Shown: piece after piece, positions 8,615-17,363 of the stretch
Position numbering within the stretch: position 1 is the first letter of the stretch
Layout: every line of letters starts with the position of its first letter
NCBI GenBank assembly: GCA_028682915.1
Contig: JAJRAN010000076.1
Span: forward strand, 1 to 50,650
Reading direction: 5' to 3'
DNA from: Methanomassiliicoccales archaeon
GTDB lineage: Archaea > Thermoplasmatota > Thermoplasmata > Methanomassiliicoccales > UBA472
Length of the DNA: 50,650 nt
The notes under the pieces: model-generated
What the model was told of the DNA's origin: nothing
The model's input: only the letters and a program-made list of their open reading frames with translations
The model's database searches: none
Made by a program: the position numbers and the translations under genes

Positions 8615-9191
8615 GGACCTTTAGCCTGCCCTCGCGTATCTCGACCCTCACCAGGGACTTGACGCGGATGCCGACCTCCCTCTCCAGCGCCGCCTTGCCC
8701 TCCCCCTTCTCCACCGCCACGATGACGTCGACTATCTCCGCCCCGATGTGCCGCAAGGCCTTGATGACGGCGAGCAGAGTGCCTCCTGTGCTCACCACGT
8801 CGTCGATCACCACCACCTTGTCCCCTTTGCCGATGCCGTTCACATACATATGGCCCTTGGAGTAGCCAGTGACCTGGCTCACCGCGACCTCGCCGGGCAG
8901 GCCGTATCTCTTCTTGCGTACGACGCTGTATGGGATTCCCAGCTCCAGGGAAAGGGGCACTGCCAGAGGGATGCCCATGGCCTCCGGGGAGACGATGACG
9001 TCGCAGTGGAAGTCGCCTATCTCCTTGAAGGCGTCCAGCACCTCGGCCAGTACCCTTGGGTCCATCTTAGGGATGCCGTCGGTGACCGGGTTCACGAAAT
9101 AATCATAGGACCCCATCCTGACGATGGGCGAGGATTCCAGGCTACTCTTGAACCTTTCCAGGTCGATCGGCGAGGACTGATGGTCCGTCAT
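8607..9191 (-). CDS. hpt: Archaeal hypoxanthine/guanine phosphoribosyltransferase
   Basis: YDYFVNPVTDGIP, EAMGIPL, RKKRYGLPGEV, PRPP loop VIDDVVSTGGT. Confidence 0.85.
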   Translation of the reverse strand: MTDHQSSPIDLERFKSSLESSPIVRMGSYDYFVNPVTDGIPKMDPRVLAEVLDAFKEIGDFHCDVIVSPEAMGIPLAVPLSLELGIPYSVVRKKRYGLPGEVAVSQVTGYSKGHMYVNGIGKGDKVVVIDDVVSTGGTLLAVIKALRHIGAEIVDVIVAVEKGEGKAALEREVGIRVKSLVRVEIREGRLKVLS

Positions 9192-9224
9192 TTTCGTTCC
9201 TTCTTTTAGGGCGCTCGAGGAGCT

Positions 9225-9887
9225 TCAAACGGCCCTCTGCCAGGTCCTGCCGCTCCTCTTGACCTTACCCGAGGCCTCAAGGTCCTTCAGCGTCCCCCTC
9301 ACCAGGTCCTCCGACACCTCGATCTGGAACTGGTCCTTGAACGCCTTGCGTATCTCATCCTCGGTCTTGCCCTCATAGAGCGTCTTAGGCAGGATGGTGC
9401 GCAGGTCCTCGTGTAAGTTCCAAGGGAATATGAACCAGGTCCAGTCGCGCTCCTCGACCCGCAGCGAGTAGAAGTCGGGCTCGATCTTGGAGTGGGTGAT
9501 GTGCAGCAGGGACGCGGTCTGGATGGAGTCGGGGGTAAGGTCTCTCACGTGGGCGATGGCCAGCTTCAGGCTCTCCCCCGTGTCCGTGATGTCATCGACG
9601 ATGAGGACCTGCTCGCCCTTTATCTTGGCGTTCAGTTCCTGGGTCAGGAGGGCCTTTCCGTCCTGATTCGCCGTCACCCCCCAGTGCTCGGTCTTGACCG
9701 CGTATAGCTTCTTGACGTTCAAATGATCGCAAAGCATCCTGGCCGGTATCCATCCCCCTCTGGTGAGCCCGATTATTACCGTCGGCTTGCAGCGGCAGTC
9801 CTGTATCTGGCGAGCGACGTCCAAGGTCCAGCGGGAAATCTCTTCCCAGGTCACGATTTTGCTCCTGAAGCTCTCCACCTTTTCCAT
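9225..9887 (-). CDS. Phosphoribosyltransferase (purine-salvage type) with C-terminal helical extension
   Basis: GLTRGGWIPAR, VLIVDDITDTGES, WFIFPW; ATG at 9887 chosen. Confidence 0.85.
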   Translation of the reverse strand: MEKVESFRSKIVTWEEISRWTLDVARQIQDCRCKPTVIIGLTRGGWIPARMLCDHLNVKKLYAVKTEHWGVTANQDGKALLTQELNAKIKGEQVLIVDDITDTGESLKLAIAHVRDLTPDSIQTASLLHITHSKIEPDFYSLRVEERDWTWFIFPWNLHEDLRTILPKTLYEGKTEDEIRKAFKDQFQIEVSEDLVRGTLKDLEASGKVKRSGRTWQRAV

Positions 9888-10031
9888 CCTCGAACCCTGG
9901 ATGTCTGAACGGCTATGCTTTGGCAAAAGTCTTTCGTTCCGGAAGATGACGATCGACCACCTAGAGCGAGGATGACCGGCGCTCGCGATTGTCCCCTAAT
10001 GTTCTTCTTCTCGTCGATGAATTCGGAAGGC

Positions 10032-10283
10032 GTGGTCTTTCCCAGGGAAGTGCTGAGCCAGCTCAAATGGGGTCCGGCCGGGGGGCTGGAAAGGGCCGAG
10101 GTAACCTACCTGCACCGAGGCGCCCCCGGCGACGAGATGACGGTCATAGGCTCGGAGATCACCGAGCTGGAGCGCTCCTTCTTCTGCACCAGCGAGAGCA
10201 AGATCCCCTACCACCGGATCCGCAGGATATTGCTGGACGGGAGCGTCCTCTACGACTCGAGCTTGAGGAAGGGCAAGGAATAG
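10032..10283 (+). CDS. DUF504 / MJ1316-like small protein
   Basis: REVLSQLKW, YLHRGAP, IPYHRI; GTG start after GGAAGG. Confidence 0.75.
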   Translation: MVFPREVLSQLKWGPAGGLERAEVTYLHRGAPGDEMTVIGSEITELERSFFCTSESKIPYHRIRRILLDGSVLYDSSLRKGKE

Positions 10284-10295
10284 GTTTGCAGCGGG

Positions 10296-10940
10296 TCAGC
10301 GCGGCTCGTTGCAGTTGGGGCAGGTGCGCATGAAGGACGGATACATCACCCCGCACTTCTTGCACTTCACCATCTCCGTCTTCTTAGGCTGCTCGGGCAC
10401 CTGTTCCTCCTGTCTTGGGGGAGCTGCGGCGGGTGGAGTCTGTGGCGCGGGTGGCGCGCCCTGCGTCTGACCTTGCGCGGGGGGTTGACCGGTCGCCCCG
10501 GTCTGATAGCTTCCCGTTGGATAGGGCTGATAGTTGGGCTGGAAGACATCCCTCAGGCGGATGTAGGATAGCAGGAGCAGCACGCCCGGGACCAAGGCCA
10601 GGAACAGCCCCACGATCGCCCAAAGGACGAGCCAGTTCGCGGCGACCTGGAACTTGCCTTGGTCGACGTTGTCGAAGAAGTGCTTCTTGAGGAAATAGAG
10701 CACGATGAAGTAGACCACACCACATGCCAGGATGTACCCGGCCCAGAAGGCCGCCCAAGAGGATTCGATGGTGAAGAAGGAGACTATCCCGCTGATGATG
10801 TACAATATCCCAAGCAGGCCCATTACCCATTGCGTCCACCATGCGATCTCCCTGGACTCCACCACTGGTGCGGGGAGCCAAGGCGGTCCTGCGCTCTTCG
10901 CCATGAACGGCAGGTTGAGGTTGTCAAGTTCGTGTTTCAT
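10296..10940 (-). CDS. Membrane protein with Pro/Gln-rich linker and C-terminal zinc ribbon
   Basis: Three to four TM helices; CKKC...CPNC at C-terminus. Confidence 0.7.
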   Translation of the reverse strand: MKHELDNLNLPFMAKSAGPPWLPAPVVESREIAWWTQWVMGLLGILYIISGIVSFFTIESSWAAFWAGYILACGVVYFIVLYFLKKHFFDNVDQGKFQVAANWLVLWAIVGLFLALVPGVLLLLSYIRLRDVFQPNYQPYPTGSYQTGATGQPPAQGQTQGAPPAPQTPPAAAPPRQEEQVPEQPKKTEMVKCKKCGVMYPSFMRTCPNCNEPR

Positions 10941-11168
10941 CTATCCCATCCCCTTCGAATCGAAATCGCGGTCGAACCGCTGATAATTGGAAGAGCATGG
11001 CAATATATGAATCTTATCAATGGCCAGCTATTCGATGATAATTATATGGTGCCTCGCAATAATCAGGGGATTCGATAACTCTTGAGACCGCACCAGGATG
11101 TTCGATGCTAGGCCCTATAGATTTATATAATGGCCCAAGACTACAACGGCCCGAAAGAAAGTGAAGCG

Positions 11169-11954
11169 ATGAAGTCTAATGATTTCAAGAACCTCTATGA
11201 CCAGCTGAAAACCCCTTCCGATGTAAAACGCCTCGCCAAGGAATTGTCCTTGGACGAAGAGCTTCTGACGGTCATCTACACCCAGCGAACCGTGCGGGAC
11301 ACGACCAAGAAATTCTATCGCGTCCAAAGGCACGCCCCCCGGATCCTCAGCGAATGGAAGGGCGGCCGGAGCATGCTCTCCCTGTCGGAGAAGTTCGAGT
11401 TCCCGCCCATGCTCATGGGCCTGATGATATTCCAGGCAAACGGCTGCTCCAAGAAGCAGTTCTGGAAGCTGGTCCGCGAGCCGCATAACATATCCGATAA
11501 GCGAGTCAGGCGCGAGATCGAGGAGATCACCCGCGAGGATTGCATCTACTCCCCTTGGGGAACCGAGCTGCAGTACAAGCGGGGGACCTGGGGCGAAAGC
11601 CAGCTCGAGTCCTGGCTGAAGCGGCACAAATTGACGTACAAGACCGAGAAGGACCTGCGCGGCGAGTTCCCCAAGACGCCTGACTGCTTATTGGACGAGC
11701 CCATCCGCGTGAACGGTTGGGAGATCAACTGGATTGAGTCCAAGGCGTCGTTCGGGGACAAGGTGGAGATAAACAAGAACGTGCGCAAGCAGCTCGAGCC
11801 TTACACCGAGCTGTTCGGCGAGGGCCTCGTGGTCTATTGGTTCGGCTTCGTGGACGAGATCGAGAGCCCGGAGGGCATATACATCACCGATTCGTCCCTG
11901 CTCCACATGGACTGCCAGGTGCTCAGCTCGGAGTGCAAGAGACCTTTATTATAG
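11169..11954 (+). CDS. CDIN1/C15orf41-like (TPD domain) PD-(D/E)xK nuclease
   Basis: G..GE..L, KTPDCLL, WIESKASFGD, Q...Y..LFGEGLVVYWFG; start at 11169 preferred because TTTATATA lies at 11122-11129. Confidence 0.8.
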   Translation: MKSNDFKNLYDQLKTPSDVKRLAKELSLDEELLTVIYTQRTVRDTTKKFYRVQRHAPRILSEWKGGRSMLSLSEKFEFPPMLMGLMIFQANGCSKKQFWKLVREPHNISDKRVRREIEEITREDCIYSPWGTELQYKRGTWGESQLESWLKRHKLTYKTEKDLRGEFPKTPDCLLDEPIRVNGWEINWIESKASFGDKVEINKNVRKQLEPYTELFGEGLVVYWFGFVDEIESPEGIYITDSSLLHMDCQVLSSECKRPLL

Positions 11955-11974
11955 GCGCTTGTAGATTCATATGC

Positions 11975-12958
11975 ATGGCCATGGAGCCCGTCTCCGCTAG
12001 CGCCCTGGAGAGATTCGGGTACTGCCCGCTGAGCTGGTGGCTCGCTCTGCGCTCCGACGTCACCTCCAAGCAGCTGGAGGAGGGCGACAAGGAGCATTCG
12101 GCCGTGGCCAATGATCTGGTCGAGATCGTGGAGAAGGAACGGACCGCCCGCGGTTGGGAGCGGATCGTGCTCGCCTTCTCCGTGGTGGCCACCGTCCTGG
12201 CCTTGATCGGGATCACCTTGATGAGCGAGGGCAACGGCCAGCAGCTGAGCGTGGTCCTGGGCGCCCTGTCCATCGTGTGGATTGTGGCGGCCCTGCTGTT
12301 CCTGTTCCGTTCCGCGTCGGTGAAGGACAAGAAGGAGCGGTCCCGGGCGCAGCAGATTGTTGCTGGCTTTGCCATCGTGGCCATGGTCATCGCCCTCAAT
12401 GCCGTATCCATCCTCAACGTCAATCCGGACCTGGCCTTCGTGGTGGAGGTCATCGCCCTGTTGTGGCTGATGGCCGCATCCTTGGCGCTGTACGTCTCCA
12501 TACGCTCGGTCAGGATGGCCAGGGAGATCAGGGAGAAGAGGGACATCCAGGGCGAGATCAAATATGTCGACGACGGCAAGCCCAGGATGCTGAGGTCCGA
12601 GCGCCTTGGTCTGCAGGGCAGGCCCGATTACGTCCTGGAGATAGAGGGCGAGATGGTCCCGGTGGAGATAAAGAGCGGCCGCACCCCCAAGGGCCCGCTC
12701 TTCTCCCACATCCTTCAGGTGGCAGCTTACTGCGTGCTTCTGGAGGAGGAGGGGCAGAAGGTCACACATGGGATCCTCCGTTACGATGAGGCGGAGCACG
12801 AGATCGAATACAACCAGGACCTGCGCAGGATGGTCCTGTCCAAGCTGGAGGAGATGCGCGTCCTCATGAGGAGCGGGGACGTGCACCGCAACCACCATCG
12901 CCCGGGCAAGTGCCGCTCCTGCTCCAGGCGGGAAGGCTGCCCTGAGCGCCTGGCCTGA
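11975..12958 (+). CDS. Cas4/RecB-family nuclease with 4Fe-4S ligands and four inserted transmembrane helices
   Basis: SASALERFGYCP, G...H, GRPDY, VEIKS, QVAAY, KCRSCSRREGC; four hydrophobic segments of about 20 aa between the first Cys and the nuclease core. Confidence 0.82.
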   Translation: MAMEPVSASALERFGYCPLSWWLALRSDVTSKQLEEGDKEHSAVANDLVEIVEKERTARGWERIVLAFSVVATVLALIGITLMSEGNGQQLSVVLGALSIVWIVAALLFLFRSASVKDKKERSRAQQIVAGFAIVAMVIALNAVSILNVNPDLAFVVEVIALLWLMAASLALYVSIRSVRMAREIREKRDIQGEIKYVDDGKPRMLRSERLGLQGRPDYVLEIEGEMVPVEIKSGRTPKGPLFSHILQVAAYCVLLEEEGQKVTHGILRYDEAEHEIEYNQDLRRMVLSKLEEMRVLMRSGDVHRNHHRPGKCRSCSRREGCPERLA

Positions 12959-14749
12959 TCACTCCACGGTAACGCTCTTCGCCAGGTTCTTGGGCTTATC
13001 GATGGAGCAGCCCTTCCTCTTGGCAACGTAATAGGACAGCAACTGCAATGCTACCGTGATAGGGAAGGGCGAGAAGAGGGGCGGGACCTCTGGCACGAGG
13101 ATCACCTTGGACGCGACCTGCTCCAGGTCCCTGTCGCCCTGGAAGCCGATGGCCAGGACGGGCGAGTCGCGCGCCTGCACCTCCGCCACGTTGGATAGCA
13201 TCTTGTCGTAAGTGTGGTCCCGGGGGCAGGCGGCCACCGTCGGCGTCTTGGAGTCCAGCAAGGCCAGTGGGCCGTGCTTCAGCTCTCCCGCGGCATAGCC
13301 CTCGGCATGGATGTAGGATATCTCCTTGAGCTTCAGCGCCCCCTCCAACATGATGGGGAAGTTGATGTTGCGCCCGAGGAAGAAGATGTCCCGGGCCTCG
13401 ACCAGCATGTCCGTGGCCTCCTCGACCTGCGGGGAGGAGTCCAGGACGCTGCGCACCACTTGAGGGAGGCGGAGCAGCTCAGAGCGGAAGGCGCGTAGGT
13501 CGTCGCGGCTCAATGACCTGCGGCCATCCCCCACCCGCATGGCGATAAGGTAGAGCGCGATCAGCTGGGTGATGAAGGTCTTGGTGGCGGCGACCCCGAT
13601 CTCTGGGCCAGCACGGGTATAGAACACCTCGTCCACCTCGCGGGTGAGCGTGCTCCCGACCACGTTGGTGATGGCCAGCGTCTGGCACCCCCTGCGCCTG
13701 GCCTCCCTTGCGGCCGCCAGGGTGTCCGCCGTCTCCCCGCTCTGGGAGATGAGGACCACTAGAGGGTGCTCCTTCGCGCCCGACCCGTAACGGTATTCGG
13801 AGGCCAGCTCAACCGTGGTCGGTACCTTGGCCACCTTCTCCAGGACGTACTTGCCCACCAGCGCGGCGTGGTACGAGGTGCCGCAGGCCACGATCTTGAT
13901 GGATGGGAAATCGGTCTTGCTCAGGAGGTTGCCGCTCTCCACCGCCTCCAGGTTGGAGCGGAGTGTGTTCCTGATGGCCTCGGGTTGCTCGAATATCTCT
14001 TTCAGCATGAAGTGCTCGAACCCGCCCTTCTGGGCCTCGTCCGCGCTCCAGTTTATCAGGCTGGGCTTGCGTTCGACCGGAATGCCGGAAGGGTCGTAGA
14101 TAGTGACCTTCCTGGGGTCGAGCTCCACTATCTCGTCATCCATGACGTACAGGACCTTGTTGGTATAGTTGAGGAGGGCGGTCACGTCGGAGGCGACGAA
14201 GTTCTCACCGACCCCCAAGCCCACGACCAAGGGGTTCTCCTTCCTGGTGGCGAGGATGCGGTCGGAATCCTTCTGCAATAGTACGATGGCATAGGTCCCC
14301 CTGACCTCGCTCAGGGCGGCGACCAGGGCTTGCCGCAGATCGCCATGGTTGTGCTTCTCTATCAGATGGACCAACACCTCGGTGTCCGTCTCCGAGGTGA
14401 AGATGTGGCCATCCTCGATGAGCTTGCGCTTGATCTCCGCATAGTTCTCGATTATGCCGTTGTGCACCAAGGCGATGGAGCCGGTGCAATCTGCGAAGGG
14501 ATGGGCGTTGGGCTTGGAGGGCTTGCCGCAGGTGGCCCAGCGGGTATGGCCGATGCCCACACCGCCCAGAAAATGGGGGAGGGTGGATTCCATGACCGAT
14601 ATCTCGCCCTTGTCCTTGTGGATCTGGATCGAGCTACCGGAGATGGCCACGCCGGCGGAGTCGTATCCCCGGTACTCCAGTTTCTTCAAGGCGTCCAGGA
14701 TGACCTCCGTGGCCACCCTGGGACCGGTATAGCCGATGATCCCGCACAT
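12959..14749 (-). CDS. glmS: Glutamine--fructose-6-phosphate transaminase (isomerizing)
   Basis: MCGIIG, EYRGYDSAG, GHTRWAT, SQSGETADT, ELKHGP, LAKSVTVE. Confidence 0.97.
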   Translation of the reverse strand: MCGIIGYTGPRVATEVILDALKKLEYRGYDSAGVAISGSSIQIHKDKGEISVMESTLPHFLGGVGIGHTRWATCGKPSKPNAHPFADCTGSIALVHNGIIENYAEIKRKLIEDGHIFTSETDTEVLVHLIEKHNHGDLRQALVAALSEVRGTYAIVLLQKDSDRILATRKENPLVVGLGVGENFVASDVTALLNYTNKVLYVMDDEIVELDPRKVTIYDPSGIPVERKPSLINWSADEAQKGGFEHFMLKEIFEQPEAIRNTLRSNLEAVESGNLLSKTDFPSIKIVACGTSYHAALVGKYVLEKVAKVPTTVELASEYRYGSGAKEHPLVVLISQSGETADTLAAAREARRRGCQTLAITNVVGSTLTREVDEVFYTRAGPEIGVAATKTFITQLIALYLIAMRVGDGRRSLSRDDLRAFRSELLRLPQVVRSVLDSSPQVEEATDMLVEARDIFFLGRNINFPIMLEGALKLKEISYIHAEGYAAGELKHGPLALLDSKTPTVAACPRDHTYDKMLSNVAEVQARDSPVLAIGFQGDRDLEQVASKVILVPEVPPLFSPFPITVALQLLSYYVAKRKGCSIDKPKNLAKSVTVE

Positions 14750-15939
14750 CAGACCACTATGCTCCTGTCGGCCAGGTTGCCTACGACCCTAGCCTGGTCG
14801 GAGATGCGGCACTCAGCGCCGATGATCGAGCCCGGGGCGGCGACAGCACCGGAGCCGATGGCTGTCCTCTCACCGATCAGGCTGCCGATGCGCTTCAGGT
14901 GGAAGTACTCGTGCTCAACATGAGTGGTGGCAGCGGCGGCGGGGGCCCGGAAGCCCGGGCCGATCTGGACACCCTCGTCGAGCACGCAATGGGAGAGATG
15001 GGCGTGAGATGCTATGCTGACGTTGTCGGAGATGAGCGACTCCTCCACGTAGCTGAAGGGGCCGATGCTCACCCCGTCGCCAATGGAGGTGGACGCGGAG
15101 ATCACCACGTTGGGCCCTATCTCGGACCCCTCGCCTATGGCCACTGGCCCTTCGATGTAGGTGCCAGAGCGTATCTTGCTGCCTGCGCCCACCACCACCG
15201 GTCCTCGCAGCACCGCTCCGGCCTCTACCGTCCCGTTGACCTCCTGCCCTTCGAGGTCGAAGGCGAAGGAGTTGAGCTTGATGAGATCCCAAGGATAGAC
15301 CGCGTCCATCCATCTCCCCTGGGTATGAACCGCCCGCAACTGCACCCGGGCCAGGTGTCCTTGCAGGATGTTGGTGATAGCGCCCTCGCCCTCGGAGATC
15401 CCCCGCTCCAGGAGCTTGAATATGTCCGGGGAGAAGCGGTACATTCCGGTGGAGATGACGTTGCCGATCTTCTTCTGCGGCTTCTCCACGATACTCGTGA
15501 CCATCTCGCCTTCCAGCGTCACCACCCCGTACTTGGACGGGGTCTCGGAGGTGGTCACCGCGACGCAGGGGCCCTTGCCTTTATTGAGCATGTCCAGCAC
15601 CGCCTTGGAATCGATGAGGTTGTCTCCGGCGACCACGAGGAACTCGTCGTCCACCTGGGCGGAGGCGGCTTTTAGGGCGTGCGCGGTCCCCAGCTGCCTT
15701 TCCTGAACCACGTAACGGATATTGGCGCCGAACCCTTTCCCGTCCCCGAAGTAGGACATGATCCTCTCCTTCCTGTACCCGACCACCAGGACGATGTCCT
15801 TGACGCCGCTTTCCACCAGGGCCTTGACCACATAGTGCAGGATGGGCTTGTTGGCGACTGGAATCATCACCTTAGGACGGGAGTTGGTGAAGGGGCGCAA
15901 CCTCGTCCCCTCTCCCGCTGCGAGCACTACGGCTTTCAA
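14749..15939 (-). CDS. glmU: Archaeal bifunctional sugar-1-phosphate nucleotidylyltransferase/acetyltransferase
   Basis: LAAGEGTRLRP.T..RPK, QLGTAHA, hexapeptide repeats; coupled to glmS; TTG start. Confidence 0.85.
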   Translation of the reverse strand: MKAVVLAAGEGTRLRPFTNSRPKVMIPVANKPILHYVVKALVESGVKDIVLVVGYRKERIMSYFGDGKGFGANIRYVVQERQLGTAHALKAASAQVDDEFLVVAGDNLIDSKAVLDMLNKGKGPCVAVTTSETPSKYGVVTLEGEMVTSIVEKPQKKIGNVISTGMYRFSPDIFKLLERGISEGEGAITNILQGHLARVQLRAVHTQGRWMDAVYPWDLIKLNSFAFDLEGQEVNGTVEAGAVLRGPVVVGAGSKIRSGTYIEGPVAIGEGSEIGPNVVISASTSIGDGVSIGPFSYVEESLISDNVSIASHAHLSHCVLDEGVQIGPGFRAPAAAATTHVEHEYFHLKRIGSLIGERTAIGSGAVAAPGSIIGAECRISDQARVVGNLADRSIVV

Positions 15940-16065
15940 ATGTTCGGCCTCCAGGCGAACACAATTCTGTTCGACGTTATTAAAAGTTCCCAGCTTGGCC
16001 CTTGGGGATGAAAACGAGGCGGCGGTCGCGCCTGGGAAAAAGGGGATAGGCCATCGCTCGGTGGC

Positions 16066-16287
16066 TCAGCCCACTTCGTCCTCGTCATTGAAGCTGCCGT
16101 ATAGGGAGTGGCGCAGGCTCTCCTTGGCCCTCTCCGTCGCGCGCGTGTATAGGGCGCAGCTCATCTTGGGGGAGACGACCCTCTCCTTCTTCATGCAATA
16201 CAACAGCTGGTCCCCCACCCCCACCTCTGGCCTGGCATCGCGGTACAGGCAGGTGAAGCAGAGCGCCTTCTTGCGGTCCTCGGTCAC
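16066..16287 (-). CDS. Small Cys-rich hypothetical protein
   Basis: CFTC...C...C, 73 aa, fills the gap between glpC and glmU on the same strand. Confidence 0.6.
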   Translation of the reverse strand: MTEDRKKALCFTCLYRDARPEVGVGDQLLYCMKKERVVSPKMSCALYTRATERAKESLRHSLYGSFNDEDEVG

Positions 16288-16328
16288 GCAGCGGCCATGG
16301 CGCTACGGCTATAATTTGCTTTTCCGCC

Positions 16329-17363
16329 TTACTTCAAGCGAGCGTCCAGGAAGTTGGTGAAGTCCACCGTCTCGACGCCGCCGGCGCGGGATATGTTCAT
16401 TACGCAGAAGGGGCAGGGGGCGACGATAAGATCGGCCTTGGCGCGCTTGGCCGACTCCACCTTGGCCTTGGCCAAGGCCAATGCCACGTCCGGATGGCCC
16501 GCGACCACGCCTCCGCCACCGCCGCAGCAGCGGTCGGCATCCTCCATCTCCACCAGCCTCACCCCGGGCAACCGCTGAAGTATCTCGGCGGCGTAATCGA
16601 TGACATGCTGGCCGACGGTACGGGCGAGGTGGCAGGGTTGGTGCAATGCCACCTTGACCTTCCTGTGCGACGGGAGGGCGGGCAGCTTGCGCACGCCCAC
16701 CACCTCGTACAGGAGCTCGATGGTGTGGAGAGGCTCCAACCCATAGTCCTGGATGAAATGCGTCGTGCATCCGGGGCAGGATGTGACCAGGCGCTCGAAG
16801 CCGTCGAAGAACCTGAGGTTCTCCTCCCGCACCAGGCGGAGGCGCTCGGAGTCCCCCACCTTCTCCAAGGGGGCGCCGCAGCATGACCACCGCTCGGGCA
16901 CGCGGAAGGCCGCCTTGCCCTTGGTCAGGAGGGAGGCTGTGCTCTGGTAGATGATCGGAAGGCGGTTCTCGGCGATGCATCCAGGGAAGTAGAGGAGCTT
17001 GGCGTCCGATGGCTTGGCCTCGGGCCTCCTTGCCGCCGGTTCGATGGACCGCCGGTGCTGGTCGATGTTGGCGAGGATGCGGGCGTGCCCCCCCAACGCC
17101 TTGTCCTTGGCGAAGATGGAGCGGCGCAAGGCCATGATCTGCCCAGTCAGGGGAAGGCGCGCGGGGCACACGTCCCCGCAGCGGAAGCAGGCTGTGCATT
17201 TGTACAGGTTGTCGCGCAGCGCCTCGGCGTCCTCGGGGAAGCGGGAGGAGTCCACGGCCAGACCTCTGGGCCCAGAGAAGGAGCGCAGGCCTTCGATGGT
17301 CACGACCGGACAGGCCTTCTGGCAGCTGTCGCACTTGATGCAACGGTTGGCGAAGGGCGCCAT
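16329..17363 (-). CDS. glpC: Anaerobic glycerol-3-phosphate dehydrogenase subunit C-like (2x4Fe-4S plus two CCG domains)
   Basis: CIKCDSCQKACP, CTACFRCGDVCP, YFPGC, SCCGAP, HQPCHL, RCCGGGG, CPFC; last gene of glpAB operon. Confidence 0.8.
   Translation of the reverse strand: MAPFANRCIKCDSCQKACPVVTIEGLRSFSGPRGLAVDSSRFPEDAEALRDNLYKCTACFRCGDVCPARLPLTGQIMALRRSIFAKDKALGGHARILANIDQHRRSIEPAARRPEAKPSDAKLLYFPGCIAENRLPIIYQSTASLLTKGKAAFRVPERWSCCGAPLEKVGDSERLRLVREENLRFFDGFERLVTSCPGCTTHFIQDYGLEPLHTIELLYEVVGVRKLPALPSHRKVKVALHQPCHLARTVGQHVIDYAAEILQRLPGVRLVEMEDADRCCGGGGGVVAGHPDVALALAKAKVESAKRAKADLIVAPCPFCVMNISRAGGVETVDFTNFLDARLK

Noticed and set aside
11031-11106. TTCGAT repeated at 11031, 11071 and 11101
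   Set aside because: Short, irregularly spaced, and TCGA is frequent throughout the window
11157-11162. Other ACTTTC/GAAAGT hexamers (also near 39335, 43212 and 47006)
   Set aside because: They lack the C-rich tract and the TATA box at 28 nt seen in the two PolB2-module promoters
11952-11975. Amber readthrough fusing the CDIN1-like and Cas4 genes, and likewise at 25799-25809
   Set aside because: The downstream genes are in different reading frames
10941-12958. Possible CRISPR-Cas locus around the Cas4-like gene
   Set aside because: No repeat-spacer array and no other cas gene in the window
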